Virus record (IMG/VR): IMGVR_UViG_3300028025_000089
Reading direction: 5' to 3' (one strand)
Length of the DNA stretch: 64,000 bases
Origin: a virus
Taxonomy: Duplodnaviria; Caudoviricetes
The position numbers were made by a program, and so were the translations under genes. Positions 45,601-56,159 of the stretch are shown here, in pieces. Below the pieces are notes generated by a model, which did not search any database, was not told where the DNA came from, and was given only the letters and a program-made list of their open reading frames with translations. Each line of letters begins with the position of its first letter. The stretch's first letter is position 1.

Positions 45601-47737
45601 AACAAATGATATAAGTGTATCAAACGCTCAAGGTGGTGATGTTTTATCTGCAAGTATCAATTGTAATGTTGATTCATTTGCTGTAACGCAAAATGGAACT
45701 AAAATACCTGATCAAACTTTTCCTAATGAGGCTCAATGGTATAGTATACCAGCTATGGCTTGTAGAAGGGTTGCGATTCAAAAAATTACGGCCGTTATTC
45801 AACCACAAGTACCGAAAATAGAAAACACAACAACAACTACGACTAATAACCCTCAGAACATTTTAACTGGTATAACTCAAAGTATTAAACCAGAACCTAA
45901 AATAACTATTGAACAAAAGTTAAAAGAAGGTATTTCTAAAAAGATTTTAAGGAATTTATTTTCAGAATGTGACTATTTTGAAGTGATAAAACAGACAGAT
46001 CCTATGATGTATGACAGCATCAAAGAACAGATCAAATATTTTAGTCCGGCATTTCACTCCATGACACCTGAAGGATTGAATAGTAGACTTACATTCTTAA
46101 ATCAATGTTCAAGACCTGGACAAACTATTCCTGTTATAGGTCCTGATGGAAGACCAAAATACAATGACGCACTAAACACTTCATTTGGTGCACCACCGAT
46201 ACTTGTAATTAGAGTTGGTGACTTTTATCATTGTAAAGCAGTTCCAACGACAATTTCATTAACTAATAAAACACCAATATTTGATATTAATCCAGAAGGT
46301 ATTGGATTACAACCAATGATGGTAGATGTTCAAATTGACTTTAATATAATTGGTGGTATGGGATTAAAAGGTCCTGTTGATGAAATACAAACGGCACTTT
46401 CTTTTAATTATTACGCAAACACTGAGATATATGACGAAAGAGCAACTGCAACAGATATTGAAAGCACAGAAAAAAATGACAAATATGTTATAGAACAAAT
46501 AAATGGTGGAGTTCCACCTGTTAGTCAACAACAACAAGCTCAAATTAATAGTGTTCAACCAAAAAAGGGAGGATCTACAGTGGGTCAAATACTAAGTGAT
46601 ACTGAAATAGATTATACCGGAATTTACGATTCCCTTCAATCTAAAACACAAGAGTATTTTAAAACTTACTTTGAAGCACTTCAAAAATTAAATGACAATT
46701 ATTCTTATGGTGCCGTTCAGTTGGGTATTAAGGATAGAAGTTATGTAAAAGGTAAAATAAGTGAATATACGAATGAAAAGAAAGATTTAGACTTATTTGG
46801 TAAAAGTAATACATATCAAGAATTAGTTGAAACACTTAAAGGTAGGATAAACAAAGATATAACCGAAGAAAAAGATCCAATCTATGACGGTTTACCAGGA
46901 GATGTTAAAAGTTCAATTACGGGAAAACAAAAAAGAGAATTTCAGGAAAGATTACAAACTTTAGTCAATAATCAACAGACAAAAATGTTAGACATTATTA
47001 ATAACAACATGTCAAACATTGTAAAAATTGAAGATGAGTTAAATTATATTTTTAGACAATTAGATGTGGTAGCATCTAAACTTGATGGAGAATTATTACA
47101 AAGTAATGAACCTAAACTATATGATTTAAGTGGAGATTCTTTTTTTAATATCACAACTAATTCTGGTTCGATATATAGTGTATATACAGAAAGTTTAAAA
47201 AACATTATTGATAGTTATAATTCATTACTATTAGAATTTAACATAACTAAAGATTTTTACAACAAATCTGAGTCAGTAATTAGTGACCAAAATAATTGTT
47301 CTTTTCAAATCATTGATGCAGGTAATAATTATTGGGTCAAATGTCCAAATAATAGATTTGGTATTTATATGACTCCAGAGTTTTTAAATCCAGATAGTTT
47401 TACAAAACTACAAAACTTTTTAACTGAAGGACCTGAAATTAAAACAAACCCAATAGTCGTAGAAGGTATAAAAAAATCTTGTGAAAAGTTTAAAGTGGAA
47501 TGTGTTAATTTTCAAGATTTAACTAAACAAAATTATTTTGATAAAGTTGTTGGTGATCAAAGATATGTTAGTGCAACTACTTGGAAGTTACCCGATAATA
47601 CAATTAAAAAATGTAATTACACAACAAACGTTACACAAGACGTTCAAACAAAAACTAAAAGAATTAAAGACTTATATTCAAATATAAACCTTAATAGTGA
47701 CAATAACACTTTTAATGGAAAAGTAACACTCAATTAA
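42656..47737 (+). CDS. Large baseplate/tail protein with OmpA-C-like domain
   Basis: IEMIGSAS...YNKKLSERRNDSV...RRVAI (OmpA-like); tail-module synteny. Confidence 0.6.
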   Translation: MSESFLSFGNSELFRKQLLVRNLPPYNVPGAYTSPENPVNYETNLSVYNVVDSPNNFVSTNLFANDLYPLNEYGPEGGFTGPIGVNVTPVLNPNQGPYYPNSGTILDVVNEFYIESAYITNKWGPAGGFKDLVIITDLSSVQGIYQPYWDPGYFNFSSYPTFNIVFQDDPNGSNGLLSQDSYLAQIGATQLKFAFNERVAQEINQATIGSINLDTITDPFSASLLATGQQPFFIRDWRITVPENPALAAVSLANRLTGTYFPVSFIPGDYFDENTPYTNPQQTSNAVNTINNLTGGLLSPILNKTRNPSEIFVANTGNGTRSVLFATLNYNQYRPSYNIGLVQGLSAIANAIVDQDSPASGTYYVGSPNAEPSLIDSPPNQVPVNDFGEQQATIVYGPQELGVLYEGNIEQIKFGLAGKSYSDGGGTSGQLVWTSPKYKPNAGFKATPGGGSGSLDDDFNQISADYLQYQSTDIDFKPGSILDQTQQLVNSGDLVQGQARLKHVGNAINQVSKVFNDGYKELTKGSRVLSYVNQTDGTEAGIEYCRVFQKDTPYYTYNDLQKTDGITTSGRRMEYSVFDNTYNLNIAPIRNPGSTNIVDGRVKKYMLSIENLAWRTSDRPGFTYDELPVCEKGPNGGRIMWFPPYNLTYTDKPAVTFNSTDFLGRPEPIYTYKNSSRSGSIGFTIIVDHPSAMNTIIEKQLQGVQKERIQSIVDSFYAGCVKYDLYELAAKFNTIPTKDLYTYQEILNNPRLTQEEQLQVFESIPADQTVTNQGQTPAADPLPNSTAAGTQTAENPPPDFNWSQYEGLGFYFENDVPGGPNGTKPGENKQGGTSASSFDVYYNQYIGLKPVYNEKAPKYVNSDGKIFESAGIPNFFSQVVEGNFNTIQTELIKQIDDVLVKYEKSDITIEMIGSASAPQEESYNKKLSERRNDSVKKWFSNVTLSNGKKISEYGERFKLILVPQGEVTVIPQTKAIASGTPETNDISVSNAQGGDVLSASINCNVDSFAVTQNGTKIPDQTFPNEAQWYSIPAMACRRVAIQKITAVIQPQVPKIENTTTTTTNNPQNILTGITQSIKPEPKITIEQKLKEGISKKILRNLFSECDYFEVIKQTDPMMYDSIKEQIKYFSPAFHSMTPEGLNSRLTFLNQCSRPGQTIPVIGPDGRPKYNDALNTSFGAPPILVIRVGDFYHCKAVPTTISLTNKTPIFDINPEGIGLQPMMVDVQIDFNIIGGMGLKGPVDEIQTALSFNYYANTEIYDERATATDIESTEKNDKYVIEQINGGVPPVSQQQQAQINSVQPKKGGSTVGQILSDTEIDYTGIYDSLQSKTQEYFKTYFEALQKLNDNYSYGAVQLGIKDRSYVKGKISEYTNEKKDLDLFGKSNTYQELVETLKGRINKDITEEKDPIYDGLPGDVKSSITGKQKREFQERLQTLVNNQQTKMLDIINNNMSNIVKIEDELNYIFRQLDVVASKLDGELLQSNEPKLYDLSGDSFFNITTNSGSIYSVYTESLKNIIDSYNSLLLEFNITKDFYNKSESVISDQNNCSFQIIDAGNNYWVKCPNNRFGIYMTPEFLNPDSFTKLQNFLTEGPEIKTNPIVVEGIKKSCEKFKVECVNFQDLTKQNYFDKVVGDQRYVSATTWKLPDNTIKKCNYTTNVTQDVQTKTKRIKDLYSNINLNSDNNTFNGKVTLN

Positions 47738-47738
47738 A

Positions 47739-48062
47739 ATGGCACAACAATATTGGAATAGATATACCGATTTTTTATTAAATGGACAACAGACAGTTGT
47801 TCCGTATATTCAGTTACCATCTAAGACAACAGATAAAAATTATATTTATAAAGTTGCCCAATCAAGACTTGATAAAATATCACAACAATTTTATGGAACA
47901 CCATACTTTGGTTGGTTAATACAGGTGGCAAACCCACAGTATTCAGGTAGTGAATTTTCAATACCTGACGGTGCAGTATTGACTATTCCATTTCCTTTAA
48001 TAGCTTCATTACAAGACTATAAAAACTCTTACGAAAATTACTTCTTTTATTATGGTAGGTAA
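47739..48062 (+). CDS. Baseplate wedge protein, LysM/gp53/P2 gpX-like
   Basis: RLDKISQQFYGTPYFGWLIQVANP...GAVLTIP. Confidence 0.75.
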   Translation: MAQQYWNRYTDFLLNGQQTVVPYIQLPSKTTDKNYIYKVAQSRLDKISQQFYGTPYFGWLIQVANPQYSGSEFSIPDGAVLTIPFPLIASLQDYKNSYENYFFYYGR

Positions 48063-51000
48063 CCAAGAAAATATACTTGTAGAATTTGATTATGATAACA
48101 TTACTTTAATAGATCCAAACAGTGTTGTAGACGAACAAGGAAACGTTAAAGAAAGAACAGTCAAACAAGAAGACTTGGTAATGTATGCCAATTTGGAATG
48201 TAACGTTTTACCTAGAACCAAATTAGCCGTTGGTTCGGCAATGAATGACTCTCAAAGAACAATATCAGTTGGAAAAATTAATTTTTTAAATCCTGGAAAC
48301 AAACAATTTTTAGACACAAAATGGACTGATGAATTAACAGGAAAAGATACACTAACAGGTAAAGGTGTAAATCAACCTAAATTAACTGCGGTTAAAAACC
48401 CTAACTTACCTGATGATTATTATTTAACACAAAACATATTATCAAATGGAAATCCTGGGGCGGTTGATAATGGTTTATTGGGTATTAAACATATTAGTGT
48501 AAGTTATAATACAACATTTGTCCCCGAAATAAACATAACACTTGAAGATGTTAAAGGGAGGGCTTTGTTTGAATCGGGAAATAATTCACCATATGCTGCA
48601 TTTTTTCAACTACCATACCCACAATTTACATTAACTCTCAAAGGTTATTATGGAAAGGCAATTAAATTACCAATTATGCTTCAAAATTTCAATTCGAGAT
48701 TTGAACCAACAACAGGTAATTTTACAATAACTTTAAAATTTTTAGGATATAAATACACCCTTCTTTCATATGTTAATTTTGCTAACTTAATGGCAGTTCC
48801 ACATATGTATAACAATGTTGTATCTCAAACAACGGTTTCAACAGAACAAGGAACCAATACAAACGAAAACGTTTTACAAAGCCCAACTATTGTTAGTAAG
48901 GGTTATCAAAAAATGAAAGAAATATATTCAATATATAAATCAAAAGGATTAATTGCTGATGATTTTCCCGAAATAACATTGAATCAATTAAAGTATAGAT
49001 TACAAGTTTTTATTAAAGATGTCTTAGACAGTTATGCTAAAGAAAATTTAGGGGCGTTGACAACTATGACAGAATATACAAACAACTTGTTGGATTATCA
49101 AAAAAATGTGTTTACAGGAAATAACTCATGGTTTAATAAGTATTTGGATATAAAAAATCCTATAGTTTTAAAAAGTGGTCAAAATGTTTATGGGTTTAAA
49201 AAAACATTAAACGAACCACAAAAAAAACAAGATTTAGCAACAGAGTTAGATGGTATTATAAAAAATTATAACACCAAGTTAAATCAAAATGGTATATACG
49301 GAATAAATGGAAGTTATACCGTAGGTAACAAAACTATTAAAACACAAATACCGGTTAATATTAATTTGGCGACTTGTCAGGTATCTGGTATAACATTAAA
49401 TGACATTGATATTAGAAAAACATTTGCGGCATCAGAAACGGCACCAAAAGGTGAATTATCACCATTTAATACTCCACCATCCGCATTTACAAAAACTGAC
49501 TTAGCCTTTCTTACCTTTACAAATAATTTTATAAAAGAATCTAACCCAACTGGTGAATCGTATTATTTCTTTGAAGGGAAAACTTCATTTATGAGTATTA
49601 CGGATCAAATTGGAAAAGATGCATCCAAACTTCGAACACAAGTAGAACAACAAATAACAGAAAACTTGGCCGTCAAATTTAGTCAGAAAGGTGACAAAGG
49701 ATTAGGATTTACACCATCTATTAGAAATATTTTAGCAATATTTTATTGTCAGGGTGAAGCATTTTTAAGATTGATGGATGAGGTTCATAAGAAAGCTTGG
49801 GATCAAAGAGAAAATCCATTTAGACGTGCTGCTATTTTCGGAAACGCATCAACAGCACCAAGTGTTGATTTAACAACATCAACACAAAATAATGAACCAA
49901 TATATCCATGGCCACAGATTATAAAAGAATCTACGGGTGAAGACGGTAAAGAAAAATTTGAAACAATATATCCGGGAGCTCAAAATGTTGCCGGAATCTA
50001 CAGATCATACAATACTGAAATATGGCCTGAGGTAGAATTTGTTGAACAATTCATAAAAGGGTTTACACAAAGACAAAATGATGCCAACAAACGAGGTGCC
50101 GAATTTGATGAATCAGATCAACAACCACAAAGAATTTCATTAAACGCAATTGATTTCCCTGTTTCAAATGACGTGCTTCAAAACAAAGAAGAATCAAAAT
50201 ACTTTTTTGAAATATATGAAAGATTAATATTAAATTCATACTATAGCCTTTTCAACAGACAATCTGGTTATAACTCGGCTATATATGAAGTTGAGGCGGA
50301 CAATGAAGGAACAAACATATTAAAAAGTTTAGGAACAGATAATCCGTATTTATCAAAAACGATAAAAGAATATCTTTTAGATGGAACAAATTACTTACCA
50401 TTTTTAAGACATATATCTAACGAAGGTCAAGGTGAAAGTTGGCAATCTTTTATTAGAGGTGAATTTGTTACATCATATATTAAAAACGATGTCAATAATT
50501 CTGCGGTATTATATAACGGAGATATTTTTAGTTCTACTAAATCACAACCTAGTGTCTCTTTGGTTAACGCTAAAGATCTTACAAACTTAGAAAACTATAT
50601 AACACAAACATCGACTAATAATGAATATGTTTTTGGCGACACATATCCAATTATCAATCTAAATTGGGATCAAAATAATTTGGCAAACGGAAAAAGTTTA
50701 AATAATGCTAATGAAGCGTTTGACACCAAATTAGTTTTAGAATATAATGATATTCACAAAACAATTACAAATTTTGATATAGATGATACAACAACAACCA
50801 AAAGGCCTGTAACATATTTTAATTATGAAAATTTAAACGTCACATTGGATACGAATGATCTGAAAAACTTTTATGAAAATAGAAAACTAACAGATCAACT
50901 AATAACAGAAGGTAATTTAGAATACGATAATTATTCGAACTATCTAACTGACATGCAATCAACATCAATGTTAAATACACCATATTTTATAAATGCAATA

Positions 51001-54000
51001 CAAAAAGGGGTATTTAACTTTAGATACGAACAAAGAGACCAATACCCATATAAGTTAGCTGCATATTTGTTTTTGAATAGTTTACCATTAGCAACATTAA
51101 GAGAAAAATATGTTTCCAAAAATGGAAACTCAACTACGGATTTAAATTATATTTTATCAACTTTTAAAAAGTTTGGTGCTGTTCATAAATTACCATATGC
51201 TTGGATTTTAAAATATGGATCAATTTGGCATCGTTATAAAATATACAAAGAAACAGGACAAGACATTTTAGATGAGGTTTGGACTGACTTTAATTATAAA
51301 GAAAATTGGGATCCCGTTAATTCAGCAACTACATTAAATTATAATTTAGTTATTGATGGAACACAAAGAGATTTAGTTCTAGACACAACAAGTGGAACTC
51401 CATCTTTCACAGATATTAATACAGGATTTTACCCACAATTAGTTGATGACTTTAGTGTCTTCATCCAGGGGTTAAAAATATTTAGTGGTCAGACACAAGT
51501 TAGTGGAACGTGTGTTAGTCAACAAATTACTGGAACATGTAATACCTATGAAGTTACGGGAACTTGTTCTACAACAGGAACAGGTATTACAATTAATTCT
51601 ATTTCAAAGAATTACATAACAACACCACACACTATTTTTGTTCCACAACTTAATGCAACAATACAATTAGTTTCACAAGTAAGCGGAATATCGGGAGGAA
51701 CAGGTTATTATACAACACCACTAAACTTTAACGCTGCGTTTAGTAATCTTAATTTTGTCTTGGGATCATTTGCCGACATTACTAACACCACACAATACCC
51801 AAATCAAGTGGGTCAAATTTTAAGTGGTAGTTCTTCTGTTTCGGCAATTACAATTCAAAGTGTTTATAGTGCGTCAACGGGAACTACATCAATCTATGAA
51901 GTAAGTAAAATATCTGCAGAAACATTTAATTATACGGTATTAAATCCACCACTACAAATCGTGGCAATAAGTTCAAACGTAATATCAGGAGGAACAATAC
52001 TTAATGGACCAAATTTGAACGGTAATATAAAAATAGCATCTCAAATATCAGGAACAACAGGAGGTATTGGTTTATATAATATTACAAATATACAACCACC
52101 AACATCATCACCATTTGTTGTTCAAGGGGCATTCGTTCAAGGAATCGGATCACAACAAATTCAAAATTTGATTAATAATGGTAAATTGGTTTTGATGAAT
52201 ACCACCAATTCAACAATATTTGAAACATCTGGTTTTGATCCTAACAACTCTCAAAGATCGATGAGGGTTAGTCCGTGGTCTGTTGTATTAAGACAAATTA
52301 CTGATGCTAATACTTATTTTGTTGTCCCATCTTTTGGTGCGAATTTAAATCAGGCTAAGTTTGAAGCATTTAAAAATGGTAATATGAAAGTTGAACTTTC
52401 AAATAATCCCGCAATGTTTAATGGAAGTGTTAGATTGTTTTGGAATTTACCACAATATGGTTGGTTTGACAATACAAAAGTTGTTAAAAACAATCCTGAA
52501 ACTTATTTGAAAAAAATAATTAATGATCAAAAAGACCAACAAAACTTTTTAATTACAGGAAAAAATACTGACTATACTGATTTTGAAGAATTGTTTACAA
52601 CATTCGATACTAAAATTTTAGATTATTTTGAATCAGAGTTTTTAAATTACAGTAGATCCGTTTACGACTATGTTGATACATTACCTGAAAATAAGACATA
52701 CGAATTAGAAACAACAACAAATGAAAGTAATCCTGACGGAACAATAAGTTTAGAATCTGACAAAGGGTTTAAAAACTTCCATTACTTTATGAGAGAACTT
52801 TTAAAAGTAACAGTTCCTGTGGGGAGTTCACCAGAAACAAAATTATCAAGTATTATAGAAAGTCAAAATCAAACATTCCAAAAGTTATTAAGTTCATTTA
52901 TGAACTATGATGTAGCTTTTAAATATGGAAATCCGTCTAACTTTGATAGAAGATTATTTTTGACATTTTCTACAAGATTTATACAAGACCCAATAATATA
53001 TTCACCATATAACTTTGGAAATTTACCACCACAAGTTACGCTACAACAATCAAAACAACAAAACCCTAAAACATGGGAAGCTTTGGAATATTATGTTGGT
53101 AAATCTTCTATTCCACAATTAGAATACAAAAATAGTGGATCATATATAACGGACTTTTTTATTGACATGAATGTTCAGTTTAATGAAAAAAATGTTAAAG
53201 ACTTTGCACCGATTATAAAAATATATGCATCTGAAAAATTAAAAGATAATAACTTAAATCTAACTAAGTTTTATTCTTTGATGGACGATTATTTTATACA
53301 ATCTGACAATTATATAAACAATGTAATAAATACAATGTTACCTTATGTTAGAAAACAATTACCAAATGTTATTATTAATGCCGATGAAAGTGATACGAGA
53401 GCTCCTTTGGAGGCTGGTTATACCGAACAAACAAGAACAGAACTTTGGGACACATTTAAAAGTTTAAATGACACATGGATTGCAGGATTTGATTTTCAAA
53501 ACAAAACATTATTTGAAGATGTGATGTTGGTAGATAGGGCGAGTAGAGATCTTGGAGATAAAATTTTAGTTGATATATTTGAAGTTCAAGACCTTGTTGA
53601 AAATGGAAACTACAAGGCGACTTTGTTAGATATGATTACTACAATATTGGTTCAAAATAATTTCCAACACTTTATGTTACCCGCATTTGTTAATTTTTAT
53701 AACGTTCAAGATGTTCAAAAAAATCCAACACCAAGAACTGAAGGAACTTTAGACTTTGCAAATACTTTATTTGGAACTTATTTGAATGTTGATTACAGAG
53801 AAAGTTCACCAAAATTTTTATGTTATTATACAAGTGTTCCAAGTCAACACTTACAAATGAAAGAAAATGTGGATTACAAATATAGAGATGATGCTTTTGA
53901 TTTAAGACGGGCGAGTGATAACCCGTTAACTGAAAACCAAGCAAACAAAACAGATTGGGACAAATCTAATAAAGTGGTTGGATTTAATGTGGACTTTGGT

Positions 54001-55125
54001 AGACAAAATCAACAAACATTTAAAAATTTTAATCTTGGACAAGATATAGGTAAACCAACTTCAGAATCATTAGAAGTTTTAAATCAAATGGCAAACGTCC
54101 AAAGAAACAGAAGAACCACAACACAATCGGTTTCATTGTATAATTTATATAAAAATAGAAGTTATAAATGTACTGTTGAAATGATGGGATGTGCCTTGAT
54201 ACAACCTATGATGTATTTTAATTTAAGAAATGTTCCGATGTTTTCAGGACCTTATATGATTACAGGAGTTCAACACAACATATCACCAGGAGAATTTTCA
54301 ACAACTTTTGAAGGAACAAGACAACCTTTTTATAGTTTACCAAAAATTGATAATTTTTTACAATCATTAAATATTAAAATATTATCAACAATAGAAGAAA
54401 AATATCGACAAGTTGAAAAACAAAACAGAGAAAAATCAGAAAATGTAAAATCACAACAGGATAATGTTTTGGCGAACATAAAATCCCAAGAAACTTTAAC
54501 CAAAAATCAAGATTGCCAAGAAAATATTAATGCTAGATATTTCAGATACACACCTGTTGATACCCCAAGACAAACATCTTTAACAACTAAACAATTGTTT
54601 GAGGAAATTAAACAAGAGTTAATATCTCAAGGTTATAGTGAAACAGGTCAAACCACACCAATTATGACATCAATAATCTTCTCGTTTATTTATGTTGACT
54701 CTGGAAATGGAACTGGAATTTCAGGTTATGAAAATAACTATAGCACAATAAACTTACAAGAGATATATGGGGACGCTTTTACAAACTATATAAACAAAAG
54801 TTATTTTTGTGTTTCTCGAGGGACCAAATTCAACTTACCTGTTGCAAGTTTTATATCAACTAAAGACTTTATTAAGTTTGTTATAAGTAAAACTTCACAA
54901 ATGCCTAATTTAATAGTGGCTGATGCAACAACAAATAATTTAGATTTGGCCAACCCACAAGATCAAGCAACCGCTTATGCTAAACAATATGTTCTTAATT
55001 TCCCAATAAACCAACCTGAGAATGTTTATACTACAATGTCCGAACAAGATAAACTTACTTTAAGACAAGAATTTGAACTTGCGTGGAATAAATACCAAGA
55101 AGTCCAAACTTTCACAATTAGTTGA
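48052..55125 (+). CDS. Very large baseplate hub-like protein (gp27/gpD-like termini with large insertions)
   Basis: CTVEMMGCALIQPMMYFNLRNVPMFSGPYMITGVQHNI...STTFEGTRQ is a typical hub C-terminal pattern; follows the LysM-like wedge gene. Confidence 0.6.
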   Translation: MVGNQENILVEFDYDNITLIDPNSVVDEQGNVKERTVKQEDLVMYANLECNVLPRTKLAVGSAMNDSQRTISVGKINFLNPGNKQFLDTKWTDELTGKDTLTGKGVNQPKLTAVKNPNLPDDYYLTQNILSNGNPGAVDNGLLGIKHISVSYNTTFVPEINITLEDVKGRALFESGNNSPYAAFFQLPYPQFTLTLKGYYGKAIKLPIMLQNFNSRFEPTTGNFTITLKFLGYKYTLLSYVNFANLMAVPHMYNNVVSQTTVSTEQGTNTNENVLQSPTIVSKGYQKMKEIYSIYKSKGLIADDFPEITLNQLKYRLQVFIKDVLDSYAKENLGALTTMTEYTNNLLDYQKNVFTGNNSWFNKYLDIKNPIVLKSGQNVYGFKKTLNEPQKKQDLATELDGIIKNYNTKLNQNGIYGINGSYTVGNKTIKTQIPVNINLATCQVSGITLNDIDIRKTFAASETAPKGELSPFNTPPSAFTKTDLAFLTFTNNFIKESNPTGESYYFFEGKTSFMSITDQIGKDASKLRTQVEQQITENLAVKFSQKGDKGLGFTPSIRNILAIFYCQGEAFLRLMDEVHKKAWDQRENPFRRAAIFGNASTAPSVDLTTSTQNNEPIYPWPQIIKESTGEDGKEKFETIYPGAQNVAGIYRSYNTEIWPEVEFVEQFIKGFTQRQNDANKRGAEFDESDQQPQRISLNAIDFPVSNDVLQNKEESKYFFEIYERLILNSYYSLFNRQSGYNSAIYEVEADNEGTNILKSLGTDNPYLSKTIKEYLLDGTNYLPFLRHISNEGQGESWQSFIRGEFVTSYIKNDVNNSAVLYNGDIFSSTKSQPSVSLVNAKDLTNLENYITQTSTNNEYVFGDTYPIINLNWDQNNLANGKSLNNANEAFDTKLVLEYNDIHKTITNFDIDDTTTTKRPVTYFNYENLNVTLDTNDLKNFYENRKLTDQLITEGNLEYDNYSNYLTDMQSTSMLNTPYFINAIQKGVFNFRYEQRDQYPYKLAAYLFLNSLPLATLREKYVSKNGNSTTDLNYILSTFKKFGAVHKLPYAWILKYGSIWHRYKIYKETGQDILDEVWTDFNYKENWDPVNSATTLNYNLVIDGTQRDLVLDTTSGTPSFTDINTGFYPQLVDDFSVFIQGLKIFSGQTQVSGTCVSQQITGTCNTYEVTGTCSTTGTGITINSISKNYITTPHTIFVPQLNATIQLVSQVSGISGGTGYYTTPLNFNAAFSNLNFVLGSFADITNTTQYPNQVGQILSGSSSVSAITIQSVYSASTGTTSIYEVSKISAETFNYTVLNPPLQIVAISSNVISGGTILNGPNLNGNIKIASQISGTTGGIGLYNITNIQPPTSSPFVVQGAFVQGIGSQQIQNLINNGKLVLMNTTNSTIFETSGFDPNNSQRSMRVSPWSVVLRQITDANTYFVVPSFGANLNQAKFEAFKNGNMKVELSNNPAMFNGSVRLFWNLPQYGWFDNTKVVKNNPETYLKKIINDQKDQQNFLITGKNTDYTDFEELFTTFDTKILDYFESEFLNYSRSVYDYVDTLPENKTYELETTTNESNPDGTISLESDKGFKNFHYFMRELLKVTVPVGSSPETKLSSIIESQNQTFQKLLSSFMNYDVAFKYGNPSNFDRRLFLTFSTRFIQDPIIYSPYNFGNLPPQVTLQQSKQQNPKTWEALEYYVGKSSIPQLEYKNSGSYITDFFIDMNVQFNEKNVKDFAPIIKIYASEKLKDNNLNLTKFYSLMDDYFIQSDNYINNVINTMLPYVRKQLPNVIINADESDTRAPLEAGYTEQTRTELWDTFKSLNDTWIAGFDFQNKTLFEDVMLVDRASRDLGDKILVDIFEVQDLVENGNYKATLLDMITTILVQNNFQHFMLPAFVNFYNVQDVQKNPTPRTEGTLDFANTLFGTYLNVDYRESSPKFLCYYTSVPSQHLQMKENVDYKYRDDAFDLRRASDNPLTENQANKTDWDKSNKVVGFNVDFGRQNQQTFKNFNLGQDIGKPTSESLEVLNQMANVQRNRRTTTQSVSLYNLYKNRSYKCTVEMMGCALIQPMMYFNLRNVPMFSGPYMITGVQHNISPGEFSTTFEGTRQPFYSLPKIDNFLQSLNIKILSTIEEKYRQVEKQNREKSENVKSQQDNVLANIKSQETLTKNQDCQENINARYFRYTPVDTPRQTSLTTKQLFEEIKQELISQGYSETGQTTPIMTSIIFSFIYVDSGNGTGISGYENNYSTINLQEIYGDAFTNYINKSYFCVSRGTKFNLPVASFISTKDFIKFVISKTSQMPNLIVADATTNNLDLANPQDQATAYAKQYVLNFPINQPENVYTTMSEQDKLTLRQEFELAWNKYQEVQTFTIS

Positions 55126-55146
55126 TATTTATAAATAAAATAAAAT

Positions 55147-55371
55147 ATGAACACAAAAATATTATTAGATAACTACTTGGGTAAAAACACAAGAGTTTCA
55201 GAGAAAGATAATGGTGACGGAACTAAACAAGTTTGTGATTTAGACACCGGTGACTGCTACACGTTAAGAATGAAAGATGGTCTTATTGAAAGAGTAGACA
55301 ATACCATGAAACAATTTAGAAAAATACAAGTTGAAACCAAAAGTGGTATAAAAACATTATTAAACGGATAA
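55147..55371 (+). CDS. Hypothetical protein
   Basis: 74-aa ORF preceded by TATTTATAAATA; abuts the next gene. Confidence 0.6.
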   Translation: MNTKILLDNYLGKNTRVSEKDNGDGTKQVCDLDTGDCYTLRMKDGLIERVDNTMKQFRKIQVETKSGIKTLLNG

Positions 55372-55372
55372 G

Positions 55373-56053
55373 ATGAAAATAGACGAAAAAATATTAAATG
55401 AAATTGAAAGATATAGAAGTATCAACAACTATATAATGGAACAAGACGCACCACCACCGCCAGCTGATCCTGCGGCAGGAGGAGAAGTTCCACCACCACC
55501 TGCAGATCCTGCGGCAGAAGGAGGCGCACCGGCACCTGAAGCAGGTGCAGCACCAGCTCCACCAGCAGCACCTGAAGGAGAACCGATTGATGTTGCGGCA
55601 GATCCTGATGTTGAAGAAGTTGGAAAAGAAGGTGAAGGAGAAACTGAAGAGTTGGACATTACAGATTTAGTTGACTCTCAAAAAACTATGGCGGACAAAC
55701 AAGAAGAATACTTTAACAACTTGTTTGGTCAAATCCAAAAAATGGAAGAAAAATTGGCCGAAATGGATAATTTAGTTTCTAAAATCGATTCTTTAGATGC
55801 TAAAGTAGAAAAATATAGACCAAGAACGGCACAAGAAAAATTACAATTACGATCTTTAGATTCAGGACCATTCAAACAAAACTTGGCAGACTTCTTTAAA
55901 GACAAAGAAGAAGAAATGGAAAAAACAGGTAAAAACGAATATGTCCTAACACAAGACGAAGTTGAAAACTTTAGTCCTTCTGACATTGAACAATCATTTA
56001 ATGAACCAATGGAAGATGAAGACGATATTTTATTAAACAGATTTAATTCATAA
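55373..56053 (+). CDS. Acidic Pro/Ala-rich coiled-coil protein, possible scaffold/internal head protein
   Basis: ILNEIER...IMEQ N-terminus, PPPPADPAA repeats, acidic coiled coil; function is inference. Confidence 0.4.
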   Translation: MKIDEKILNEIERYRSINNYIMEQDAPPPPADPAAGGEVPPPPADPAAEGGAPAPEAGAAPAPPAAPEGEPIDVAADPDVEEVGKEGEGETEELDITDLVDSQKTMADKQEEYFNNLFGQIQKMEEKLAEMDNLVSKIDSLDAKVEKYRPRTAQEKLQLRSLDSGPFKQNLADFFKDKEEEMEKTGKNEYVLTQDEVENFSPSDIEQSFNEPMEDEDDILLNRFNS

Positions 56054-56057
56054 TTAT

Positions 56058-56089
56058 AAGGTCACAGAAATGTGACCTTTATTTTTTTT
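56058..56089 (+). terminator. Intrinsic terminator ending the tail operon
   Basis: AAGGTCACA-GAAA-TGTGACCTT (GNRA loop) followed by a T run. Confidence 0.9.
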
Positions 56090-56100
56090 GGCGACACTAT

Positions 56101-56129
56101 TTGACTATAACTTTTTATACACTTATAAT
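56101..56129 (+). promoter_or_regulatory. Consensus sigma70-type promoter for the replication operon
   Basis: TTGACT-N17-TATAAT, immediately after a terminator and 30 nt before the SSB start. Confidence 0.8.
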
Positions 56130-56159
56130 TTACACATAAACCTTTAATTTTTTTTACAC

